Assembly: GCA_934183165.1 (NCBI GenBank)
Contig: CAKPRZ010000001.1
Coordinates: forward strand, 54,820 to 118,819
From: an uncultured Bacilli bacterium
GTDB taxonomy: Bacteria > Bacillota_I > Bacilli_A > RF39 > UBA660
Reading direction: 5' to 3'
DNA: 64,000 bases
In this document: positions 57,195-64,000 of the stretch, piece after piece
How the letters are laid out: every line of letters begins with the position of its first letter
How positions within the stretch are numbered: the first letter of the stretch is position 1
Position numbers and translations under genes: made by a program
The notes under the pieces: model-generated
What the model was told of the DNA's origin: nothing
What the model saw: the letters and a program-made list of their open reading frames with translations, nothing else
Database searches by the model: none

Positions 57195-57674
57195 ATGGAA
57201 AGTATAAATCCATACAAAACTTTTGCAGAATTTGTAAAGACAAACTTTCATAGCGAACAACAAATTTTAGATGTTGGATGTGGTTCAGGAGAATTATGCA
57301 CTATATTATATAAATATGGATATAAAGTAACAGGAATGGATAGAGAAAATTATTCAAAGATTTTTTTAGACAATAATATTACCTTTATAAATAATCAATT
57401 TACTCTTTCAACTGATATAACTCTCTATGATTTAATTATCGGTTTTCATCCTTGCGAAGCTGCAGAACTAATTATAAGAAATTCATTAAAAAATGATAAA
57501 GAATGCATAGTTACATTGTGTGAAATTCATCAAGGATTAGAAAAAAAAGATATAAGAAGTAGAAAAGAATATATTAATTATCTTATGAATATTAGTGAAA
57601 AATTAAAAATGGTTAAACTTCCAATTCACGGTGATAATGACCTTTGGAATGAAACAATTTATTATAAGAAATAA
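57195..57674 (+). CDS. Small class I SAM-dependent methyltransferase (159 aa).
   Basis: Motif I ILDVGCGSGELCTIL. An acidic residue follows the beta2-like strand (VTGMDRE). Confidence 0.6.
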   Translation: MESINPYKTFAEFVKTNFHSEQQILDVGCGSGELCTILYKYGYKVTGMDRENYSKIFLDNNITFINNQFTLSTDITLYDLIIGFHPCEAAELIIRNSLKNDKECIVTLCEIHQGLEKKDIRSRKEYINYLMNISEKLKMVKLPIHGDNDLWNETIYYKK

Positions 57675-57678
57675 AAAA

Positions 57679-57700
57679 ACTCAAGCCATATGACTTGAGT
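57679..57700 (-). terminator. Terminator hairpin downstream of tRNA-Ala (actcaag-N8-cttgagt plus T-run on minus).
   Basis: Read from sequence. Confidence 0.45.
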
Positions 57701-57711
57701 AACTTTCATTA

Positions 57712-57787
57712 TGGTGGAGCATAGCGGGATCGAACCGCTGACCTCCACGGTGCAAACGTGGCGCTCTCCCAGCTGAGCTAATGCCCC
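57712..57787 (-). tRNA. tRNA-Ala (anticodon UGC), CCA-encoded.
   Basis: The minus-strand sequence is GGGGCATTAGCTCAGCTGGGAGAGCGCCACGTTTGCACCGTGGAGGTCAGCGGTTCGATCCCGCTATGCTCCACCA. It has the G3:U70 Ala identity pair, an anticodon loop TT-TGC-AC, and a T-arm GGTTCGATCC. Confidence 0.9.
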
Positions 57788-57806
57788 AAAACAACTCAGT
57801 GAATTA

Positions 57807-57835
57807 ATAATATCACTTAGTTATTTTATTGTCAA
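57807..57835 (-). promoter_or_regulatory. Near-consensus sigma-A promoter for tRNA-Ala (TTGACA -17- TATTAT).
   Basis: -35 TTGACA at 57830..57835 and -10 TATTAT at 57807..57812 (minus-strand reading), ~19 nt upstream of the tRNA 5' end. Confidence 0.5.
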
Positions 57836-57851
57836 GCATTTTTAATCCAAT

Positions 57852-58361
57852 TTAATCCAAATTGATAAAATCTTTATCTTTGTGTGGTTCTTCAAATAAC
57901 AAATCACCATAATTTTGTTGTCTTAAAACTTCATAAAGAACAATAGCACAACAATTTGATAAATTTAATGATCTAACATTTTTAGTCATTGGAATACGCA
58001 TACATCTATCAAGATTAGGTCTTAAAATACTTTTAGGAATACCTGTTGATTCTTTTCCAAAAACTAAATATATATTTTTATCAGAATCACTATAATCAAA
58101 ACTTGAATGTGGTTTATGACCATATCTTGTAAAGAAATAAAATTCACCATCATTCTTACTCTTAAAATCTTCCCAATTTTTATAAACAGTGTATTCTAAT
58201 TTATCAATATAATTTACTCCACTTCTTTTAATACTTTTCTCATCAAGCGAGAAACCAAGCGGTTCAATCAAGTGCAACTTAGTACCTGTTGCAACACATG
58301 TACGCATAATATTCCCTGTGTTAGTAGGTATTTCCGGTTCAAACAAAACAATATTAAGCAT
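57852..58361 (-). CDS. trmL: tRNA (cytidine/uridine-2'-O)-methyltransferase TrmL (SpoU family).
   Basis: MLNIVLFEPEIPTNTGNIMRTCVATG ... SLNLSNCCAIVLYE (SPOUT knot motifs). Confidence 0.85.
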   Translation of the reverse strand: MLNIVLFEPEIPTNTGNIMRTCVATGTKLHLIEPLGFSLDEKSIKRSGVNYIDKLEYTVYKNWEDFKSKNDGEFYFFTRYGHKPHSSFDYSDSDKNIYLVFGKESTGIPKSILRPNLDRCMRIPMTKNVRSLNLSNCCAIVLYEVLRQQNYGDLLFEEPHKDKDFINLD

Positions 58362-58364
58362 CTA

Positions 58365-58916
58365 CTACTCACCTATTTCATATTCATCTAACAATTTTTC
58401 AATTGAATCTATTGTTAGCTTGTTACCAGTATCTTGTGTATAAGCGTTTATCTTTCTATCATTAAAAATTATTAATGTAGGTATTTCAACCTGCTTTTTT
58501 TGTGGATATCCATATTTAGCAAGAATATCACTTAATCTATTACTAATATCTTTTTCACCACTCATATTTAAATATATGGTGCTTCCTTTAACATTTCTTT
58601 TATTAAGAACATTTACTAAATCCTTTTCTATATTACGACATGTCTCATTGCTTGCGGTTCCAATATATAAAATAAAATTATCATGTTCTGTAACATAATC
58701 ATTAAATTCATTAATAGTTATTTCATTTACTTTTCCACTTATAACAGGAATTGTTAATTTATAATCTTGATATGATCTATACCAAGCTCTAAGACCTAAC
58801 ACAATAGCTACTGTTAATATAAACATAATTAAAACTATAATATAATTTTTTGCAGGTATCTTTTTTACTTCCTTCTTACTTAATTTTTGTGCCATGTACA
58901 CCACTCTCTCTTCCAT
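58365..58916 (-). CDS. Membrane-anchored protein, possibly with a thioredoxin-like fold and a single Cys (tentative).
   Basis: N-terminal TM (YIIVLIMFILTVAIVLGL). No CxxC motif. Overall alpha/beta pattern only. Confidence 0.35.
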   Translation of the reverse strand: MEERVVYMAQKLSKKEVKKIPAKNYIIVLIMFILTVAIVLGLRAWYRSYQDYKLTIPVISGKVNEITINEFNDYVTEHDNFILYIGTASNETCRNIEKDLVNVLNKRNVKGSTIYLNMSGEKDISNRLSDILAKYGYPQKKQVEIPTLIIFNDRKINAYTQDTGNKLTIDSIEKLLDEYEIGE

Positions 58917-58961
58917 TTTAATTATACATCAGTTTACAATAAAAATAAATTTATTTTTCCA

Positions 58962-59651
58962 TCACTTTATACTAAGTTTATCTTTAAGATGATTTATTTG
59001 ATTAAAGAAAACACTATCCTTTAATCTTGGGAAAGCATTTAATAAACGCTTTTTAAAGTAATTATTTTTAACACTAGCATTGATTTGTCTTCTTATTTCC
59101 TCCGTTGAATCTTTCCTTAATAATATTGAATTTTTTCTTAACTTATATGTTGTTGTAATGGAGATAAAAGTATCTGTTTCATATATAAGAAAGAAAAAGA
59201 TTCCTAAAACTATAATTAAAGTACTACTCATATGATTAAGTATATTAGTAAAAAATGGGTTTATAACATACATAATAATTAGACCACCAATTCCAAAAAG
59301 TGCGCCATTACTAAGACAAACTCTTCCATTAATATTGAACTTACGATTCGAATAGTCCCACCATCTTGCTTTAAATATTTTTTCCATTAAATAACTAGCA
59401 ATATATTCTAATATTATAGCTATTATTGACGCCATAATAAAAAGTGCAACTGGGTCATTTAAGTATTTTTTAAGCAAAATTATTATACAAATTGCTCCTT
59501 TACCATAAATTGGTAAATATGGTCCTACAAGGAAGCCTCTATTTAAAACTATTTTTTTATCACATATTGAACAAAAAGAGCATTCTAAAATGTATCCTAA
59601 TACACAGTACATAAAATAAAGTAAAAAATAATAACAACAAATTTTTAACAT
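58962..59651 (-). CDS. Polytopic membrane protein (229 aa, DUF-type).
   Basis: Five to six hydrophobic helices. No catalytic motif recognised. Confidence 0.5.
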   Translation of the reverse strand: MLKICCYYFLLYFMYCVLGYILECSFCSICDKKIVLNRGFLVGPYLPIYGKGAICIIILLKKYLNDPVALFIMASIIAIILEYIASYLMEKIFKARWWDYSNRKFNINGRVCLSNGALFGIGGLIIMYVINPFFTNILNHMSSTLIIVLGIFFFLIYETDTFISITTTYKLRKNSILLRKDSTEEIRRQINASVKNNYFKKRLLNAFPRLKDSVFFNQINHLKDKLSIK

Positions 59652-59747
59652 ATGATCTTCTCCTACTAATTAGTATAGCACAACTGTTAATTTAAAAAAA
59701 CAATGGAGAGTTATAAATTTAATTATTTCTACATTGTTTTACAATTT

Positions 59748-61583
59748 TTACATATTTTTAGCATCAAATTTTTTTCTTTCAACTGAATCAAGTATTTTTT
59801 TACGAAGTCTTATATTATGTGGTGTTACTTCAACTAGTTCATCACTATTTATATAATCAAGTGCATATTCAAGTGTTATAGGTCTAGGCCTTTTTAACAC
59901 AACTGTATGATCTGAACCAGAAGCTCTTACATTAGTTAAGTTTTTGCCCTTAACAACATTAACAGCAAGATCATTTCCTCTAGTATGTTCTCCCACTATC
60001 ATACCTTCATAAACCTCAACACCAGGTTCAATAAACATAATACCTCTATCTTCAAGACCACCTAATGCATAGGCTGTTGCTTTACCATTTTCCATTGAAA
60101 CAAGGACTCCTAATGGGCGTTCTCCAACATCAACTGTTGCCATTGGACAATATTCTTTAAATGAATGGTTTATAATTCCATATCCTTTAGTTAATGTCAT
60201 AAAATTTGTTGTGAATCCAATTAATCCACGAGATGGAATAGTATAAATTAACTTTGTTTGACCATTAAGATTTGACATAGATTCCATTATAGCCCCACGA
60301 GTTCCTAATTGTTCTATGACATTACCTACTGTGTCATCAGGACACTCTATTTGTAATTCTTCATATGGCTCCATTTTTACATTATTTATTTCTTTAATTA
60401 TAACAGCTGGTTTACTTACTTGAAGTTCAAAACCTTCGCGACGCATATTTTCTATTAATATAGATAAATGAAGCTCACCACGACCTGACACAATCCAAGA
60501 TTCACTATCATTAGGTTCAACTCTTAAACTAACATCTTTTTGTAATTCTTTATTTAATCTTTCTTCTATTTTTCTAGCAGTAAGAAGTTTACCATCTTTT
60601 CCTACAAACGGAGAAGTATTAACACCAATTGTCATTTGTAGAGTTGGTTCATCAACATGTAAAATTGGAAGTGGTTCTCTCTTGTTAGGATTACATAAAG
60701 TTTCACCTACTGATATATCAGCAAGACCAGCAACTGCGCAAATATCTCCGGCTTCTGCTTCTTCTATTTCAATTCTCTTAAGTCCAAGGTATCCAAATAA
60801 TTTTTGTACTCTAAATTGTTTTACAGATCCATCTAATCTTATACAATCAACCATTTGTCCAACTTTTATTTTTCCATTATGTACACGGCCAACACCAATT
60901 CTACCAACGTACTCGTTATAATCTAACAAAGCAGGTTGAAATTGTAGATCAGCATTAGGATCTCCGCTAGGTGCTGGTATTTCATCTATTATTAAATCTA
61001 ACAAGCCTTTAAATCCTTTTGTTTGAGTTGAAAGATCAGGATCAAGACTTGAAGTACCATTAAGTGCTGATGCATAAACAACCTTAAAATCTAGCCAGTC
61101 TTCTTCAGCTCCAAGTTCAATAAACAAATCAAGAACTTCATCCACTACTTCTAAACATCTTGCACTTGGTTTATCAACTTTGTTAACAACGACAATTGGC
61201 TTTACATGAGCTTCTAGCGCTTTTTTTAATACAAATCTAGTTTGAGGCATAGTTCCCTCATAAGCATCAACAACAAGTAAAACACCATCAACCATATTCA
61301 TAATTCTTTCTACTTCCCCACCGAAATCGGCATGTCCTGGAGTATCAAGAATATTTATTCTATAACCATTATAATTAATAGCCGTAGTCTTAGCTAAAAT
61401 GGTAATTCCTCTTTCTTTTTCAAGTTGGTTAGAATCCATTGATACATTGCTTACATCTTCATTTTCTCTAAATGTTCCACTTGATTTTAATATTTCATCA
61501 ACCAAAGTTGTTTTACCATGGTCTACATGTGCAATAATTGCAATATTTCTTTTTTTCATAAAATACGTCACTTCCTTAAACAA
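59748..61583 (-). CDS. typA: Translational GTPase TypA/BipA.
   Basis: [32 protein letters not shown], and the BipA-specific C-terminal domain. Confidence 0.95.
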   Translation of the reverse strand: MFKEVTYFMKKRNIAIIAHVDHGKTTLVDEILKSSGTFRENEDVSNVSMDSNQLEKERGITILAKTTAINYNGYRINILDTPGHADFGGEVERIMNMVDGVLLVVDAYEGTMPQTRFVLKKALEAHVKPIVVVNKVDKPSARCLEVVDEVLDLFIELGAEEDWLDFKVVYASALNGTSSLDPDLSTQTKGFKGLLDLIIDEIPAPSGDPNADLQFQPALLDYNEYVGRIGVGRVHNGKIKVGQMVDCIRLDGSVKQFRVQKLFGYLGLKRIEIEEAEAGDICAVAGLADISVGETLCNPNKREPLPILHVDEPTLQMTIGVNTSPFVGKDGKLLTARKIEERLNKELQKDVSLRVEPNDSESWIVSGRGELHLSILIENMRREGFELQVSKPAVIIKEINNVKMEPYEELQIECPDDTVGNVIEQLGTRGAIMESMSNLNGQTKLIYTIPSRGLIGFTTNFMTLTKGYGIINHSFKEYCPMATVDVGERPLGVLVSMENGKATAYALGGLEDRGIMFIEPGVEVYEGMIVGEHTRGNDLAVNVVKGKNLTNVRASGSDHTVVLKRPRPITLEYALDYINSDELVEVTPHNIRLRKKILDSVERKKFDAKNM

Positions 61584-61619
61584 ACTTCATAATTATACCA
61601 CATTTTGATATAAACTCAA

Positions 61620-62525
61620 TTACTTTTTACGTAAATATTCAAAAACTTTATAACTTCCTCTTCCAATATCATCGGGTATTTCATCTATAAAATTCATAGG
61701 ATTGGTATTATCTTCATTAGAATATAATCTATTAAAAGATTCTAGTAAGTTTAAACCAACTCCACATTTTTTCAAATATTCTAAATAATTATAAAATTCT
61801 TTTGTTGATAAATCATATACTTCACAATTTGCAATATAATTTAAAATCATCATATGATAACACAACAAATCAGTATTTTCACTTGGCATAGTAATATCAT
61901 TGTTTTCTTCATATACAGGATATTTGTCAGGCATATTCCAAATTTCCTTGTTCAAAAACAGGAACTTAGATTGGCATGGTTTATTATCCAATAGTTTTGA
62001 GCTATCTAAATCAACTACCCTAACTAAATCACTACTATCTTCTACAATAAAGTTTTTCTCATGCATATCTCCTAAGAAAAAATCACCATTTAAGTTTTCT
62101 CTAGCAGTTTTCATTTTTCTCAAAATATTACCTACTTGCTTTAAATAAGATTTTTTGACAGTTGAAGATGTATTAAAATCGTTTAAAACAGAATCTAATC
62201 TTTTACCATTTATTACTTCAGATATAAATCCAACTGGTATTGTGTCAATAGAAAAAGTATCAACTGGCATTACCAGTTCTGGTATATTTATTATAGATTT
62301 ATTTTTCATTAATAGATTTACTGTATGAAAAAAATTATCATTCTCTTCACTCTCAAGTTCATATTCACTATCAGGATAAGTAAAATGAAATTTTTTTAAG
62401 GCATAATTTTCTCCATTTAATCCACGATATAAATAAATTGTTCCACCAGCATAATATTCACTATTATTATTTAGCTTTTCTAAGTTAAAAAAATCATTAC
62501 TAGTAATATCAACCACACAACCCAC
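61620..62525 (-). CDS. Protein-kinase-like fold protein (APH/choline-kinase-like phosphotransferase), tentative.
   Basis: Lys-containing YALKKF strand, catalytic-loop-like GDMHEKNFIV (D..H..N), and a DFG-like VVDLDSS. Confidence 0.4.
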   Translation of the reverse strand: MGCVVDITSNDFFNLEKLNNNSEYYAGGTIYLYRGLNGENYALKKFHFTYPDSEYELESEENDNFFHTVNLLMKNKSIINIPELVMPVDTFSIDTIPVGFISEVINGKRLDSVLNDFNTSSTVKKSYLKQVGNILRKMKTARENLNGDFFLGDMHEKNFIVEDSSDLVRVVDLDSSKLLDNKPCQSKFLFLNKEIWNMPDKYPVYEENNDITMPSENTDLLCYHMMILNYIANCEVYDLSTKEFYNYLEYLKKCGVGLNLLESFNRLYSNEDNTNPMNFIDEIPDDIGRGSYKVFEYLRKK

Positions 62526-62729
62526 CTCTTTGTTTTCGGTGGTATTATACTACATTTTTACAAATTTTGCAATTGTTTTGTAAACTGCTTTATAAAACAG
62601 CACTCGTTATAAAGATACTTATTATTTATTAAAGACCACTTTTATGACTATTATTCTGACTATTTACAATAAACATTCAATAAGTTGTTTAAAAATAACT
62701 ATTATTTTTCATAATATAATGGTGATATA

Positions 62730-64000
62730 ATGATAAACAAAAGCATATGGCTTAAAGGAATAAAATGGAAAAAAAGTAATCAGTTAAAAGAAAATATTAA
62801 TACTGATGTTTTAATAATCGGAGGCGGTATAACAGGAATAACTACTGCTTATTTTTTAAAAGAGTCAAATTTAAACGTTACATTAGTAGATCAAAATAAG
62901 ATAGCATCAGGGCAAAGTTCACTTGCAACTGGAAAATTAACATATCTTCAGGGGCTAATTAGTAATAAAATAGCAAACATATATGATAAAGAAACTGCAA
63001 CAAAATATATTGAATCTCAAAAAGACGCAATTGAAATAGTTAAAGATATTATTATTGATAATAACATAAAGTGTGATTTTGAAAGTAATAATTCTTACGT
63101 TTTTACTAATAAAAATTTCAATATCTATAAATTAGTCAAGCTAGAGGAAATATTAAAATTAAGTAATTGTTCATATAAAACAGTCAAATCATTACCTATT
63201 AAATTTCCAACCACCTATGCTGTAAAAATAAGTGATTCAGCTGTTTTTAACCCCGTAAAATATCTATTAGAATTAGAGAGGATAATTGAAAAAAACATTT
63301 CAATATATGAAAATACAAAAATTATATCATTAGAGAAAGGGAAAGATTGTTACATTGCCAAAACAGACAGGTATCAAATATCAGCTAAAAAGGTGGTTTT
63401 AGCTTGTCACTATCCATTCTTTTTAAATCCATACTTTTTTCCCTTTAAAACATCTATAAAAAAAGGCTATTTATGTGCTGGAATAGTTGAAAAAAGCAAA
63501 AGATTCAATGCTATCAATGAAGAAGATAATGTACATTCTATAAGATATCATTCAGACTATAAAAGTTATATTATCTATGCTAGTGAAGAAAGAAATATAG
63601 GTAGTAATATTGATAATGAAAAAAACTATAATAATCTATTTTGGAAAATGAAGGCAAATTTAAGTGATGACATTAAATATCATTGGTTTAACTTTGATAT
63701 AGTAACAAACGATTCGTTACCTATAATTGGATATTTAGAAAAAGACAACCCAGATCTTTTGATAGGAACTGGTTATAATTTATGGGGAATGACTAATGGC
63801 ACAATAGCTGGAAAAATAATAAGTGATTTAATACTTGGAATTAATAATAAATATGCTACACTTTTTGATCCTAATAGACTCTTTAACATTAATAAATTGA
63901 TTAATTATTTTAATTTCAATATGCGAAATGGTTATAACTTCTTATCATCAAAAATAAACAATAATTATTCTTTTTATAAAGATAAAGTAACCGTTAAAAA
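62730..64000 (+). CDS. FAD-dependent oxidoreductase (DAO/glycine-oxidase-like), 3'-truncated by the window end.
   Basis: DVLIIGGGITGITTAYFL (GxGxxG) beginning 15 aa after the ATG at 62730. The frame stays open to position 64000. It is not in the ORF track because no stop lies within the window. Confidence 0.7.
   Translation, partial: MINKSIWLKGIKWKKSNQLKENINTDVLIIGGGITGITTAYFLKESNLNVTLVDQNKIASGQSSLATGKLTYLQGLISNKIANIYDKETATKYIESQKDAIEIVKDIIIDNNIKCDFESNNSYVFTNKNFNIYKLVKLEEILKLSNCSYKTVKSLPIKFPTTYAVKISDSAVFNPVKYLLELERIIEKNISIYENTKIISLEKGKDCYIAKTDRYQISAKKVVLACHYPFFLNPYFFPFKTSIKKGYLCAGIVEKSKRFNAINEEDNVHSIRYHSDYKSYIIYASEERNIGSNIDNEKNYNNLFWKMKANLSDDIKYHWFNFDIVTNDSLPIIGYLEKDNPDLLIGTGYNLWGMTNGTIAGKIISDLILGINNKYATLFDPNRLFNINKLINYFNFNMRNGYNFLSSKINNNYSFYKDKVTVK

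Noticed and set aside
1-64000. Mobile elements, prophage, CRISPR arrays, rRNA.
   Set aside because: I recognise no transposase, integrase, recombinase, phage structural gene, spacer-repeat array or rRNA-like sequence in any frame. The accessory character rests only on lineage-specific surface and hypothetical genes.

Overview
This is a 64 kb segment of a low-GC (roughly 25-28%) Firmicutes-type chromosome, and almost all genes run on the minus strand. The conserved housekeeping genes I recognise are: thrS (with a Thr T-box leader and a terminator), dnaI, lepA, hemW, a dTMP module (thyA-folA-tmk plus an HD-domain hydrolase), tag-ogt, trmL, typA/bipA, and a solitary tRNA-Ala(UGC) with a near-consensus promoter. 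Between these lie blocks of AT-rich accessory genes. These include two prepilin-type pilins (one fused to a BspA-type LRR domain) facing a ComGA/GspE-type ATPase, two tandem giant membrane-anchored surface proteins (one with Ig-like repeats, one with a poly-Asn tract), an ABC-F protein, and a BceRS/ABC-like two-component plus FtsX-permease module. There are also many N-terminally anchored hypothetical proteins. I found no CRISPR array, transposase, integrase or rRNA. The two candidate systems I consider most interesting are below. First, a tight operon (46.4-50.6 kb) encodes an LRR membrane protein, a radical SAM/SPASM enzyme with a long C-terminal extension, a small protein ending in a Gly/Ser/aromatic repeat tail plus poly-Asn, and a double zinc-ribbon membrane protein. 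This operon sits next to a divergent sigma-70 paralog with an altered -10-recognition helix, and a paralog of the small tailed protein lies about 6 kb away. Second, a compact operon (25.5-26.9 kb) encodes a NapH/CcoG-family membrane polyferredoxin, a CsoR-family metal-sensing repressor, and a 60-aa peptide with about 17 Cys built from three CTCGC-containing repeats, which I read as a putative novel copper-handling module. Further observations: a ProA-like protein that appears to lack the catalytic Cys, a frameshifted GNAT gene, an unusual thyA active-site motif, a translationally coupled small ORF between the thrS T-box terminator and thrS, and coding trinucleotide repeats. All calls rest on reading the sequence and six-frame translations by eye. 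No database searches were run.
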